A DNA stretch of 64,000 nucleotides from Candidatus Omnitrophota bacterium (GTDB taxonomy: Bacteria; Omnitrophota; Gorgyraeia; Zapsychrales; JAKLDJ01). This document shows positions 27,560 to 39,504 of this stretch, in pieces. The notes under the pieces are model-generated. The model was not told where the DNA came from. It searched no databases and worked only from the letters and a program-made list of their open reading frames with translations. The stretch lies in NCBI GenBank assembly GCA_022703585.1, contig JAKLDJ010000003.1:270250-334249 (forward strand), written 5' to 3'. Both the position numbers and the translations under genes were made by a program. Every line of letters begins with the position of its first letter. Position 1 is the first letter of the stretch.

Positions 27560-28977
27560 GCCGAATCAGGAACAATGCCTCGCAGCAATATTTAGTTCCG
27601 TATCTGTTGGCATTTATCGTTTTCTGCAATAATATTCTTTGGGCCAGTTTTCTCCCCTTTAATAAAGCTCCTGACGAAAGTGACCACTATACGATTTCCA
27701 AATTTGTGGGTGACTACGGGCGTCTCCCTGTTTTAGGTACGGATCTGCAGATTTATTGGATGAATCGCGCGACGAAATCACCGGTAACCCGAGGGGAGAT
27801 TGAGTATTTTAGCCGGATGCCGCAGAAATATTTATCGGGGGTTTTCTATGAGATACGTATTTTTCCCTGGATTCTGGATTCCTGCCTGACGTATCTCCTG
27901 ACGGGTCTTGTGATTAAGGTGATTAGTATTTTTTCCGGGATTCTTCACGTTCTTGTTTTTGGAGCTAGGGTTTTATCGGCCCTGTGCGGCGCCTTAACCG
28001 TTTTTTTCACCTACAAAATCGCGCAAAGGCTTTTGCCGGAGGACGATTATCTGGCGCCGTTAGCGGCTATTTTTGTGGGAAGCTTACCTCAGTTCACCTT
28101 TGTTAGCTCCTATATTAACCAGGAGGCTGTTGCGGCATTAATTGCGACCTTGATATTTTTTTCTTGGGTTCGATGTGCAGAGTCTTGGAGCGGGAAAAAT
28201 GCATTGCTGTTGGGAGTTATGCTTGGGCTGGGAGTCCTATCGAAACCAAGTGTCTTTTTTATCGCTCTCTTAACCGTGTTGTTTGTGCTTTCTTTTTTGA
28301 GGGAGGGCTGGCGGAAAAATATCCGCATGATCGCCGTGATCGCATTGTCTGCTTTGGCGGTCTGCGGTTGGTTTTTTATAGGAAATTATCGTGTCTACGG
28401 AAGTTTCTGGCCAACCCACTGGATGCAAACTTACGGAAATCTGTACTATCGCGAGGCCATGATGGAGGCGCCGCCCTTTATTCGTAATCATTCTGTCGTT
28501 TTCGGATTATTGCCCAAGGGGCCGGTCCCTGTGGAATTTGCAATGAAAGGTTTTCTTGACTTAAACTTTCGGAGTTTTTGGGGCATGTTTGGATGGCTGG
28601 ACGTCCCCATGCCGGAGTCGTTCTATCTGATCGCCAAGGGCATTGTCTTGGCAGGGGCAGGGGGATTGATAAAAATATTTCCTAAAGTTTATACGGATAA
28701 ATCTCATCAGAATAAAATTCTTAATCTCTTGCTGGTATCATTTCCGGTCTTATTAATGGTCTCGGCGGTATTTTCCAGTGTCGTTGCCTTTACACCGCAG
28801 GGGAGGTATCTTTTTCCTGCCATTGCCCCTTTTGCTATTGGCATTACGATGGGATGGTTAGCACTTTTTAAAAATGCCAGGCGTAAGCGAGAGATACTTA
28901 TTGGGCTTGTGACCTTGCTGGTCACAATGAATATCTGGGCTTTTTTAACCTCAATTCTCTTCCGGTATTATTTGTAA
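27556..28977 (+). CDS. GT39/GT83-like (ArnT/PMT-type) polytopic membrane glycosyltransferase-like protein
   Basis: Start moved to ATG 27556 (ATGA overlap with coaX stop). About 12 TM helices with periplasmic loops. No soluble domain. Confidence 0.45.
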   Translation: MSRIRNNASQQYLVPYLLAFIVFCNNILWASFLPFNKAPDESDHYTISKFVGDYGRLPVLGTDLQIYWMNRATKSPVTRGEIEYFSRMPQKYLSGVFYEIRIFPWILDSCLTYLLTGLVIKVISIFSGILHVLVFGARVLSALCGALTVFFTYKIAQRLLPEDDYLAPLAAIFVGSLPQFTFVSSYINQEAVAALIATLIFFSWVRCAESWSGKNALLLGVMLGLGVLSKPSVFFIALLTVLFVLSFLREGWRKNIRMIAVIALSALAVCGWFFIGNYRVYGSFWPTHWMQTYGNLYYREAMMEAPPFIRNHSVVFGLLPKGPVPVEFAMKGFLDLNFRSFWGMFGWLDVPMPESFYLIAKGIVLAGAGGLIKIFPKVYTDKSHQNKILNLLLVSFPVLLMVSAVFSSVVAFTPQGRYLFPAIAPFAIGITMGWLALFKNARRKREILIGLVTLLVTMNIWAFLTSILFRYYL

Positions 28978-29110
28978 GAAACTACTGATTGATTATCAGC
29001 TATTTTCTCGTCGTATTTAAATGACCCCCGATTATCTTAAATTTTTGCGTTGGGATAATTACCTCGCATTTTCGGATATAAAACTTTTGATTAGAAAATA
29101 CCTTTTAACT

Positions 29111-29137
29111 TTAGCAACTGTTCCCACCGAGTGCTAA
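29111..29137 (+). promoter_or_regulatory. CIRCE operator 1 (HrcA box), imperfect left half
   Basis: TTAGCAACT-N9-GAGTGCTAA versus consensus TTAGCACTC-N9-GAGTGCTAA. Confidence 0.75.
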
Positions 29138-29145
29138 AAAAAATC

Positions 29146-29174
29146 TTGACAAAAAAAATGATAAACTGTATATT
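29146..29174 (+). promoter_or_regulatory. sigma70-type promoter of groESL (TTGACA-17 nt-TATATT)
   Basis: Consensus -35 at 29146-29151 and TATATT at 29169-29174 with a 17-nt spacer. The -10 abuts the second CIRCE. Confidence 0.75.
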
Positions 29175-29199
29175 AGCACTCCAGCCAGGAAAGTGCTAA
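29173..29199 (+). promoter_or_regulatory. CIRCE operator 2 (HrcA box)
   Basis: TTAGCACTC-N9-AAGTGCTAA, one mismatch to consensus. Overlaps the -10 and transcription start region. Confidence 0.8.
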
Positions 29200-29283
29200 T
29201 TAGGCGTAAGCACATTAGTAGGCAATATTCGGGTCAAGATAAGGTTAGGAAAGTTTAACCGCAATATTCAAAGGAGGTGCGCA

Positions 29284-29577
29284 GTGGAATTACGTCCGTT
29301 AGGTGACAGGATTATCGTAAAGCCTTTAGAGGCGGAAGAGAAGACAAAAGGCGGTATCGTTTTACCGGATACGGCCAAGGAAAAGCCTCAGGAGGGCAAG
29401 GTTGTTGCCGTAGGAAAAGGTAAGGTCTTAGATAATGGCACGGTTCAGGCGCCAGAGGTGAAAGTTGGCGATAAGATTCTTTACGGCAAATATAGCGGTT
29501 CGGAGATTACTACCCGGGACGGGGAAGATCTGTTGATTATGCGCGAAGAGGATATCTTAGCGATTATTAGCAAGTAG
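29284..29577 (+). CDS. groES: co-chaperonin GroES
   Basis: 97 aa. GTG start with [25 protein letters not shown]...[22 protein letters not shown]. Confidence 0.95.
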   Translation: MELRPLGDRIIVKPLEAEEKTKGGIVLPDTAKEKPQEGKVVAVGKGKVLDNGTVQAPEVKVGDKILYGKYSGSEITTRDGEDLLIMREEDILAIISK

Positions 29578-29617
29578 GCGAATTAAGGGTTTTATGGGAA
29601 GTTAGAGGCATTATTAA

Positions 29618-31279
<1,662 letters not shown>

Positions 31280-31318
31280 TCCTTAATTTGTTGGGTGGGT
31301 AAGCATTGGTAAGAAAAA

Positions 31319-31355
31319 GGGGCTTCCCCCGCCGAAGGCGGGGGAAGCCCCTTTT
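31319..31355 (+). terminator. rho-independent terminator after groEL
   Basis: GGGGCTTCCCCCGCC-GAA-GGCGGGGGAAGCCCC hairpin (15-bp GC-rich stem) followed by TTTT. Confidence 0.85.
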
Positions 31356-31408
31356 AATTAACTCTCTAAAAATTATAAAGAAAACATGTCTTTGGATGTA
31401 TTTTACTA

Positions 31409-31437
31409 TTGACATTTCTTTTTAAACTCTTTATAGT
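31409..31437 (+). promoter_or_regulatory. sigma70-like promoter upstream of the guaB-like gene (TTGACA-17-TATAGT)
   Basis: Consensus -35 TTGACA at 31409-31414 with TATAGT 17 nt downstream. An additional TATAAT lies at 31445-31450. Confidence 0.5.
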
Positions 31438-31493
31438 AGTAGCCTATAATTCGTTTTTTACTCTAAAAAATTCCCCCTTAAGGAGGCTCAATA

Positions 31494-32654
31494 ATGGCAG
31501 ACTGGATAGGAATAGGCCGTAGGGCAAGGCGTTGCTACGGATTTGACGAAGTTGCTTTGGTGCCGGGCATGGCTACCGTTAACCCCAATGAAGTTGACAC
31601 CAGCTGGACTATCGCCGGAATGAAATTTGGCGTTCCTATTCTTGCGGCAGCGATGGATGGTGTTGTCGGCGTTGAATTTGCGGTTGCGATGGGAAAACTT
31701 GGCGGTATCGCCGTCTTGAATTTGGACGGTGTCCAGACGCGTTATGATAATCCCGAAGAGGTTTTAACTCAAATTGCCAATGCCTCTCCTCACGAAGCGA
31801 CAAAACTTGTCCAAAGCGTTTATCTTAAGCCGGTTAAAGAAAGTCTTATTGCCAAGAGAGTCAAGGAAATTAAATCGAAGAAAGTTCCTGCCGTTGTCAG
31901 CTGTATTCCCCAGAATGCCAGTAAATTTGCCAAAATAGCCCAGGATGCGGGTTGCGATATCTTTGTGGTTCAGTCCACTGTCGCTGCACCGAAACATATT
32001 GCCAAAGAATACAAAGTGCTAGATCTGTCTAAATTCTGCCGCGATATTAAAATTCCGGTTATTTTAGGCAATTGCGTGACTTATGAAGTGGCGCTTGAAC
32101 TTATGGAAACGGGCATTGATGGCCTGCTGGTTGGTGTCGGCCCGGGCGCGGCCTGCACGACTAGGGGTGTTTTAGGAATCGGTGTCCCGCAGGTTACGGC
32201 GACCGTTGACGTGGCTTCGGCCAGAGATTATTTCTTTAAACGTACCGGAAAATACATTTCGATTATCTGTGACGGCGGCATGAGGATAGGCGGTGAAATC
32301 TGTAAGGCCTTTGCGTCCGGTGCCGATGCGGTCATGGTCGGTTCGGCGTTTGCGCGGGCCAAAGAAGCCCCGGGCAAAGGTTACCACTGGGGTATGGCGA
32401 CATCGCACGCCAATCTGCCGCGGGGAACCAGGATCCAGGTCGGGACGACCGGCATGCTTAAAGAGATCCTATTTGGCCCTGCCAAAGTTGATGACGGTTC
32501 ACAGAATCTCATGGGGGCCTTAAAGACATCAATGGGTTCTTTGGGCGCATCCAATATCAAAGAAATGCACGACGTGGAAATGATTATTGCTCCGTCGATA
32601 CAGACCGAGGGAAAAATATTCCAGGTCGGCCAAAGAGTAGGGATGGGCAAATAA
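31494..32654 (+). CDS. IMP dehydrogenase-family protein lacking the CBS (Bateman) subdomain (GuaB3-like)
   Basis: 386 aa TIM-barrel. Catalytic loop GPGAACTTRGVLGIGVPQ retains the Cys. No CBS pair insertion (IMPDH is about 490 aa). Directly upstream of guaA. Confidence 0.7.
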   Translation: MADWIGIGRRARRCYGFDEVALVPGMATVNPNEVDTSWTIAGMKFGVPILAAAMDGVVGVEFAVAMGKLGGIAVLNLDGVQTRYDNPEEVLTQIANASPHEATKLVQSVYLKPVKESLIAKRVKEIKSKKVPAVVSCIPQNASKFAKIAQDAGCDIFVVQSTVAAPKHIAKEYKVLDLSKFCRDIKIPVILGNCVTYEVALELMETGIDGLLVGVGPGAACTTRGVLGIGVPQVTATVDVASARDYFFKRTGKYISIICDGGMRIGGEICKAFASGADAVMVGSAFARAKEAPGKGYHWGMATSHANLPRGTRIQVGTTGMLKEILFGPAKVDDGSQNLMGALKTSMGSLGASNIKEMHDVEMIIAPSIQTEGKIFQVGQRVGMGK

Positions 32655-32723
32655 CCGATTTTTAAATCAAATTTTAAAGATTAATTAAACTTTTAAACAG
32701 CAAACGATCAAACGGGTGGAAAA

Positions 32724-34268
32724 ATGAAAAACAAAGATATTATTCTCATTCTGGATTTTGGCTCCCAATACACCCAGCTTATTGCCAGGCGTGTCAGGGA
32801 AAGCAAGGTCTTTAGTAAAATCGTTCCTTACAATATTTCCGCCGAAGAAATTGTTAAAATAAATCCCAAAGGGATCATTCTCTCTGGTGGTCCGGCGAGC
32901 GTTTATGATGAAGATGCGCCGTTGCCCCGCAAAGAAATTTTTAAATTAAACAAGCCTATTCTTGGCGTCTGCTACGGAATGCAGATCCTGACTCACATGT
33001 TTGGCGGCAAGGTCAAAGAGACGACCGATAGGGAATACGGCCGCGCGGAACTTTTTATCGATAATAATAAAGGTATTTTCGAAAGCCTGCCGGGGAACTT
33101 AACCTGCTGGATGAGCCACGGCGATGAGGTTAAGAAGCTCCCCGTAGGGTTTACCTCGATTGCTCACACCTTGAATAATCCCGTTGCCGCTATCGCTAAC
33201 CGCCCGAAAAAGATTTACGGTGTTCAGTTTCATCCCGAAGTCGTTCATACCCAGCGCGGGGCACAGATCTTGACCAACTTTTTATTCCAGGTTTGCGGCT
33301 GCCTGCCGCGCTGGACCATGGATAAATTCTTGAATGAATCCGTCAAAGAGATCAGAGAAACTGTTGGTGATAAGACGGTTGTTTGCGGATTAAGCGGAGG
33401 AGTGGACTCATCGGTGGCTGCGATGATGATTCATCAGGCGATCGGCAAAAGGCTGTATTGTATTTTTGTCGATAACGGTCTGTTGCGCAAAAATGAGGCG
33501 TTGGCGGTTGAGCGCACTTTTAAAGGCCATTTTAAATTAAATCTCATTTGTGCCCAGGCCCAAAACCGGTTTTTGCAACGCCTGAAAAACATCACCGATC
33601 CGGAGCAAAAACGCAGGATTATCGGCGATGAATTTGCCAAAGTCTTTGAAGAGGCATCCAAGAAGATAAAGGGCGCGGCTTTCTTAGGGCAGGGGACGCT
33701 TTATCCGGATGTGATTGAATCGATTTCTCCTCTCGGGGGCCCGTCGGCAACTATTAAGACGCATCACAATGTCGGTGGCTTACCAAAGAATCTGAAACTC
33801 AAGCTCATTGAACCCTTGCGTGATTTATTCAAAGACGAGGTGCGGGCTATCGGCAAACATTTGGGATTGCCGGATACGGTTTTAAAGCGACAGCCTTTTC
33901 CCGGCCCGGGTTTGGCGATCCGGATTATCGGCGAGGTCAACGAGGAACGCCTTAATATCCTTCGCGAAGCCGACGAAAGAGTTTTGGAGGAAATCAAAAA
34001 GGCGGGCCTATACAACGACATCTGGCAGTCATTTGCGATTCTACTTCCCATTAAAACCGTTGGCGTGATGGGCGATAAAAGGACGTATGAAAACGCGGTG
34101 GCCTTACGCTGTGTGACCAGCTCCGACGGGATGACGGCCGATTGGGTCAAATTACCCTATGAAATATTAACAAAGATATCCAATCGTATTATTAACGAAG
34201 TGGCGGGCGTCAATCGTGTCGTTTACGACATCAGCTCCAAGCCACCGTCAACCATTGAGTGGGAATAA
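32724..34268 (+). CDS. guaA: GMP synthase (glutamine-hydrolysing)
   Basis: 514 aa. GATase domain (GVCYGMQ, catalytic Cys), PP-loop SGGVDSSV and C-terminal dimerisation domain ending IEWE. Confidence 0.95.
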   Translation: MKNKDIILILDFGSQYTQLIARRVRESKVFSKIVPYNISAEEIVKINPKGIILSGGPASVYDEDAPLPRKEIFKLNKPILGVCYGMQILTHMFGGKVKETTDREYGRAELFIDNNKGIFESLPGNLTCWMSHGDEVKKLPVGFTSIAHTLNNPVAAIANRPKKIYGVQFHPEVVHTQRGAQILTNFLFQVCGCLPRWTMDKFLNESVKEIRETVGDKTVVCGLSGGVDSSVAAMMIHQAIGKRLYCIFVDNGLLRKNEALAVERTFKGHFKLNLICAQAQNRFLQRLKNITDPEQKRRIIGDEFAKVFEEASKKIKGAAFLGQGTLYPDVIESISPLGGPSATIKTHHNVGGLPKNLKLKLIEPLRDLFKDEVRAIGKHLGLPDTVLKRQPFPGPGLAIRIIGEVNEERLNILREADERVLEEIKKAGLYNDIWQSFAILLPIKTVGVMGDKRTYENAVALRCVTSSDGMTADWVKLPYEILTKISNRIINEVAGVNRVVYDISSKPPSTIEWE

Positions 34269-34326
34269 TCCCCTTTTTTAAAAATTTTTCAGCAGCAATC
34301 CAGCCGAGGATATCCATGGCCTGGAA

Positions 34327-35850
34327 TTGCCCCTTCAAAAAGGTCGATGTAACGTGCAAAATCCCGCCTTCAATTTCTTGAAACTTATTCGGAATACTCC
34401 TGCCCTGATTCTGCTGTTGTTCGTTTATCTGATTATCCTTCCGCGAAGTTTATCGTATGATCATGCCTGGATGTTTCCCGAAGAGTTCTCTATCAAAAAT
34501 GAGGTTCTTAAAGATGGCCCGCAGCTGGGCCTGAAGGATCTGAGGTTTGGATTGAACTGGAGGGTATTCGAATTTGCCCCGCGCACTACAAGGCCGTTGT
34601 CGTCCTATTTTGATCTTCTGGATACAAAATTTCGTAGTTGGTTATGGCAATATCGCTTACCTCACCCGAGCTTGTCCTTGACGTGGTTATTCTCGTTATT
34701 CTTTTCTCCGTTGTTGCTTTACCTGTTCTTAAAGAATATCAAGATCGGAAATAATGCGGCTATCGCGGCAGTTTGTTTTTATTTAGTTTCCCCGCCTATT
34801 CTAAGTTGTGTTGTGATGCTGTCGCGACCGGCTAAACCGATGGCGTATTTTTCTATTATCCTTTGTTTGTATTTCGCATCCGAATTGGACAAAAGATTTT
34901 CAACTGAATCTTTTATTCCCAGAAGGCATCTTCTTTGCCTGTTGGCACTTATGTTGTTTTCTTTTTTTTGGGATGAAGTTGTGCTACTGGTCTACCCGGC
35001 TGTCTTTATTCTGTTTCCCAAGCTTTTAAAAGGCAGGTCGAAACTAGTAATTTTTGGGCTGATACCCGTGCTGGTGGCATTTATTGCCTATAAAATTATT
35101 CCGCAGCTTACAGTTTGGGCCGGATATGAATACCCTTGGTTTTGTGACTATTGCCGCGGATTTAAAGGGTTGGCCGAGACGATGAATTCCTCAAAGCCGC
35201 TTAGCGATGCCTTCTTTGCGAACTTTATTCCTAATACGAGAATCCTGATTCTCGACAGCATGGGGATGATGCGCATATTGCCCGGGGCGTCATTGGGGGT
35301 GCAGGTCCTGTTTGCTCTATCGGCAGGGGCGTGGGGGGTATTGTTTTTCTATGCCCTTCGGTCCGCCAAAAAATATTATTCTCTTCTATTGTTTTTATTG
35401 TTTTTGATTGTGGTTCATAATTTCTTGATAACAATGACAATCGGTGTCTGGGGGCCTTTTTATTACGGGGGATTTTTCTCTGTGTTCTTTGCTATTTATT
35501 TGGCCTGGCTGATTCACCATTCTCATATTTCAAAGTACGTCTTGACTGCGTGCATGCTTCTTATCTTAGCCAATATAAATAATTGCTTATTGGCGACGAG
35601 TTTTATCTACAAGAAACACCATGTCTATTCGGATTTTTCCCGCATCCGTAATTATTTTGAAAGTACGATAAGCCGTTTTGACACCGGTGATGACACGGCC
35701 TTGCCCAGCGGCCGGGAGATAAGGGGTGATATTTATCAATATTGGTCGAGAGTAAGGTTAGGTAGGGACATGAGGGGCTCAACATTACCAAGAGAACTTG
35801 GATGGTTGCCGATTGAGCTGAGAATTGGGGATTCTGTTGTTTTTCGTTGA
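34327..35850 (+). CDS. polytopic membrane protein, hypothetical (glycosyltransferase-like topology)
   Basis: 507 aa. At least 10 predicted TM helices, no recognisable catalytic motif. Start uncertain. Confidence 0.4.
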   Translation: MPLQKGRCNVQNPAFNFLKLIRNTPALILLLFVYLIILPRSLSYDHAWMFPEEFSIKNEVLKDGPQLGLKDLRFGLNWRVFEFAPRTTRPLSSYFDLLDTKFRSWLWQYRLPHPSLSLTWLFSLFFSPLLLYLFLKNIKIGNNAAIAAVCFYLVSPPILSCVVMLSRPAKPMAYFSIILCLYFASELDKRFSTESFIPRRHLLCLLALMLFSFFWDEVVLLVYPAVFILFPKLLKGRSKLVIFGLIPVLVAFIAYKIIPQLTVWAGYEYPWFCDYCRGFKGLAETMNSSKPLSDAFFANFIPNTRILILDSMGMMRILPGASLGVQVLFALSAGAWGVLFFYALRSAKKYYSLLLFLLFLIVVHNFLITMTIGVWGPFYYGGFFSVFFAIYLAWLIHHSHISKYVLTACMLLILANINNCLLATSFIYKKHHVYSDFSRIRNYFESTISRFDTGDDTALPSGREIRGDIYQYWSRVRLGRDMRGSTLPRELGWLPIELRIGDSVVFR

Positions 35851-35942
35851 TGATTGAGGGCATCGTCTTAAGTTCAAGGCACATAAAATTCTTTCAAAAA
35901 ACCGGTATTACTAAAATTTCTATAAGGCGGATTAATTCTTAA

Positions 35943-38900
35943 ATGTATCATTCTGATTTTGTCCATCTGCATGTTCACACCCAGTACAGCCTTCTTGACG
36001 GCGCCTGTCGCATTAAAGAGTTAGTCCAAAAGGCTGCCTCACAGAAAATGCCTGCGCTGGCCATGACTGACCACGGTAACGTGTTCGGGGCCATTGATTT
36101 TTATCAGGCGGCGGTCAAGGCAGGTGTTAAACCCATTATTGGTTGCGAGGCATATATCGCAACTACAAATCGTTTTGACCGCACCCCTAACCAGCCCCGG
36201 GGCGGCTCCAACCACCTTATTTTGCTGGTCAAAGATGAGGAGGGCTACCGCAATCTTTTGAAGTTAGTTTCCCTCGGTTATCTAGAGGGATTTTATTACC
36301 GTCCTCGGATGGACAAAGAGGTTTTGGCAAAGCATTCGAAAGGACTTTTAGCCAGTACGGCTTGTTTGCGCGGAGAAGTTGCCTGGTATATCCGGGAGGG
36401 AAATTATAATGGGGCCTTAAAAGCTGCCGACGATCTAAGACAAATTTTCGGCAAAGGAAATCTTTATCTGGAGCTTATGGAAAATCAGCTTCCCGAACAG
36501 AAACCTGTTAATGAAGGCCTGATAAAGATTGCCAAGGATTTGGACCTGCCGCTGCTGGCGACTAATGACGTCCACTATCTCGAACAGCCGCAGGCCAAGG
36601 CCCATGACGCGCTTTTGTGTATCCAGACCCAGACGACGCTGGATGACCCTAACCGCATGCGCTTACGCAGCGACGGGTTTTATTTTAAGGATGCCGATAC
36701 CATGCGCCGCGCTTTTGAGTATGCCCCTGAGGCCGTTAGCAATACCCTCGAGGTTGCGGAAAAATGTAATCTTGAATTAGATTTTAGCAAAATCCATCTG
36801 CCCCGCTATGACCCTCCCGGGGGAAAAAGCCGCGAAGAGTTTTTACTCGAATTGTGCTTAACCGGAATCAAAAACCGCTTTCCGGCCTCGACAAAAGAGA
36901 TTGAAGCCCGGCTCGAACATGAATTAGCTACTATTAAAAAAATGAGGTTTGTCAGCTACTTTCTGATTGTCTGGGATTTTATTCATTATGCCAAACAAAA
37001 CGGTATTCCCGTTGGCCCCGGACGAGGTTCGGCTGCGGGAAGCCTGGTCAGTTATCTTCTGGGGATTACGGATTTAGATCCGCTTAAATACGGCCTGTTG
37101 TTCGAGCGCTTTCTTAACCCGGAGCGTTTAGGGATGCCGGATATTGACATTGATTTTTGTTACGAACGCCGGCCGGAGGTTATTCAGTATGTCACGAATA
37201 AATACGGCAAGGATAACGTTGCCCAGATTATCACCTTTGGAACGATGATGGCGCGTGCGGCCATCAGGGATGTCGGCCGGGTTATGGCCGTTCCTTATAG
37301 CGACGTTGACAAGATTGCGAAATTAATTCCCGGCGATCCCAATATCACGATTCAAGACGCGCTAAAAATTGAGCCTCAATTAAGCCAGCTTTGTAAAAAT
37401 GATGAAAAGGCCGCGGCGATTATCGAAACGGCTACCGTTTTAGAGGGCTTAAGCCGTCATGCCTCGGTTCACGCGGCGGGGGTGGTTATCTCCGATAAGC
37501 CGTTAACCGAGTATGTGCCGCTGTTTAAGACCAGTGATGATCAGATCACGACCGGTTATTCGATGGACGGGATCGCGAAAATCGGTCTTTTGAAAATGGA
37601 TTTTCTGGGCCTAAGGACACTGACGGTTATCAGCGAGGCGGTCAAATTAATCGAAAGGGTGCACGGTTTAGAGATCGATATTGATAAAATCTCCCTAGAA
37701 GACAAAAAGACTTTTGAGCTCTTAGGCGCTGCCAACAGTTTTGGTGTGTTTCAGCTTGAAAGTTCGGGGATGCGCGAGTTGTTAAAAAAGATTAAGCCAA
37801 CCCATTTTGAGGATTTGATTTCTATTCTGGCGCTTTACCGGCCCGGGCCCATTGGCAGCGGAATGCTTGAGGATTTTATCAAACGTAAAAGAGGGGAGAT
37901 CCATGTCCGCTATGACCATCCCAAGCTTGAGCCAATTTTAAAAGAGACGTACGGAATTATTGTTTACCAGGAACAGGTCATGCAAATCCCCAGTGCCTTG
38001 GCGGGATTTAGCTTAACCCAGGCCGATCATTTGCGCCGGGCCATGAGCAAAAAAGAGCCGCAGGTCATGGAGCAGATGCGCAAAGACTTTGTGACCGGCT
38101 GCCGTCAGGCGAGCCAGATCAGCGAAGGCCTGGCAAACAAGATCTTTGATTTGATCGACTATTTTTCCGGTTACGGTTTTAACCGTAGCCATTCAGCCGC
38201 GTATGCGCTCATTTCTTACCGCACCGCGTATCTAAAAGCGAATTTCCCCGTCGAGTTTATGTGCGCGCTTCTGACCAGTGAAAAAGATAATACCGACAAG
38301 GTTGTCGAATATGTTAAAGAATCCGAAGCGATGGGTATTAAAATCCTGCCCCCGGATATTAATGAAAGTATCGCCGAATTTAACGTTGTCGATGAGCATA
38401 CCATCCGCTTTGGGTTGGTTGCGGTCAAAAATGTGGGCTCTCTCGCCATTGAGTCGATTGTTAAAGGGCGGAAGAAAGGAAAGTACGCCTCGCTTTTCGA
38501 TTTCTGCGAACGGGTCGACCTACGGCTGGCTAACCGCAAAGTCATGGAAAGCCTGATTAAATGCGGCGCCTTTGATTCTTTTAATCTCTACCGCTCGCAG
38601 CTGATGGTGATGCTGGATAAGGCCTTGGAATTCGGCTCAAAGACGCAGAAAGAAAGGGCGACGGGGCAAATTTCTTTTTTTGATTCGGGCGGGCATAACG
38701 GGGCTTTTAAGAAGGGCGACAAGGATATTCCTAAGATTAATGAATGGCCGCAGGCACAGATATTGGCATTTGAAAAAGAATTGCTCGGGCTTTATATTTC
38801 CGGCCATCCACTGGCCCGCTATGAGATTGAGATGAAACAATTTACCGATTATTCGACCAAAGAACTTTTTAAGGCAACCGAAGGGCAGTTGGTTAAATTC

Positions 38901-39380
38901 TTTGGCTTGATTGGTACGGTTAAATTGACCACAACCAAGCGCACGAATGAACGCATGGCGATCCTTAAAATGGAAGATTTAAGCGGGGAGGTGGAGGTGG
39001 TTGTTTTCCCGTCGAATTATCCGGCTGTAGCCGCTTTTCTTAAAGAAGGATCTGTTGTTGTGCTAAAAGGGCGTGTGAGCATGCGTGACGAGACGCCAAA
39101 AATAATTGCCAATGAAATTCAGCAGATTGATGAAGCCTATAAGGCTATCGAGTCCATAAGTATTGATTTATCGGGGGTTAATGAAAAAGATTTAAAAGTC
39201 CTGCGTGAGAAATTAGCGCTTTCACCCGGAAAAGTACCAATTTATTTGAGCCTGGATACCAATTCTTATAAGAGCGTCCAGATCTTAGTCGGCGAAGACC
39301 TTTTTGTTACTCCCAGCGAAACTTTGATCAGCGATCTTAAGGATTTAGTCGGAACCGGACGATTTTCCTTAAAGCTTTAA
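35943..39380 (+). CDS. dnaE: DNA polymerase III alpha subunit
   Basis: 1145 aa. N-terminal PHP domain (FVHLHVHTQYSLLDGA), polymerase core (GMPDIDIDF) and C-terminal OB fold. Confidence 0.97.
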   Translation: MYHSDFVHLHVHTQYSLLDGACRIKELVQKAASQKMPALAMTDHGNVFGAIDFYQAAVKAGVKPIIGCEAYIATTNRFDRTPNQPRGGSNHLILLVKDEEGYRNLLKLVSLGYLEGFYYRPRMDKEVLAKHSKGLLASTACLRGEVAWYIREGNYNGALKAADDLRQIFGKGNLYLELMENQLPEQKPVNEGLIKIAKDLDLPLLATNDVHYLEQPQAKAHDALLCIQTQTTLDDPNRMRLRSDGFYFKDADTMRRAFEYAPEAVSNTLEVAEKCNLELDFSKIHLPRYDPPGGKSREEFLLELCLTGIKNRFPASTKEIEARLEHELATIKKMRFVSYFLIVWDFIHYAKQNGIPVGPGRGSAAGSLVSYLLGITDLDPLKYGLLFERFLNPERLGMPDIDIDFCYERRPEVIQYVTNKYGKDNVAQIITFGTMMARAAIRDVGRVMAVPYSDVDKIAKLIPGDPNITIQDALKIEPQLSQLCKNDEKAAAIIETATVLEGLSRHASVHAAGVVISDKPLTEYVPLFKTSDDQITTGYSMDGIAKIGLLKMDFLGLRTLTVISEAVKLIERVHGLEIDIDKISLEDKKTFELLGAANSFGVFQLESSGMRELLKKIKPTHFEDLISILALYRPGPIGSGMLEDFIKRKRGEIHVRYDHPKLEPILKETYGIIVYQEQVMQIPSALAGFSLTQADHLRRAMSKKEPQVMEQMRKDFVTGCRQASQISEGLANKIFDLIDYFSGYGFNRSHSAAYALISYRTAYLKANFPVEFMCALLTSEKDNTDKVVEYVKESEAMGIKILPPDINESIAEFNVVDEHTIRFGLVAVKNVGSLAIESIVKGRKKGKYASLFDFCERVDLRLANRKVMESLIKCGAFDSFNLYRSQLMVMLDKALEFGSKTQKERATGQISFFDSGGHNGAFKKGDKDIPKINEWPQAQILAFEKELLGLYISGHPLARYEIEMKQFTDYSTKELFKATEGQLVKFFGLIGTVKLTTTKRTNERMAILKMEDLSGEVEVVVFPSNYPAVAAFLKEGSVVVLKGRVSMRDETPKIIANEIQQIDEAYKAIESISIDLSGVNEKDLKVLREKLALSPGKVPIYLSLDTNSYKSVQILVGEDLFVTPSETLISDLKDLVGTGRFSLKL

Positions 39381-39401
39381 TTCCCAGGCACTAAAAGCTT
39401 C

Positions 39402-39432
39402 AAGCCTCTTTAAAAGAGGCTTTCTTAATTTC
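39402..39432 (+). terminator. rho-independent terminator after dnaE
   Basis: AAGCCTCTT-TAA-AAGAGGCTT hairpin followed by a T-rich TCTTAATTT. Confidence 0.6.
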
Positions 39433-39453
39433 TGGGTAGCATTAAAGTTATTC

Positions 39454-39482
39454 TTGACACTGTAACATACTGTTGATACTAT
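39454..39482 (+). promoter_or_regulatory. putative sigma70 promoter for the HU/IHF gene (TTGACA-17-TACTAT)
   Basis: TTGACA at 39454-39459 with a 17-nt spacer to TACTAT/TATACT. Confidence 0.45.
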
Positions 39483-39504
39483 ACTTAAGACTGGAGGTGG
39501 CTTC

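Noticed and set aside
28978-29283. Possible small RNA in the 306-nt gap before groES
   Set aside because: The gap is fully explained by two CIRCE operators, a consensus promoter and the groES 5' UTR with its SD. No independent terminator or conserved ncRNA motif is present.
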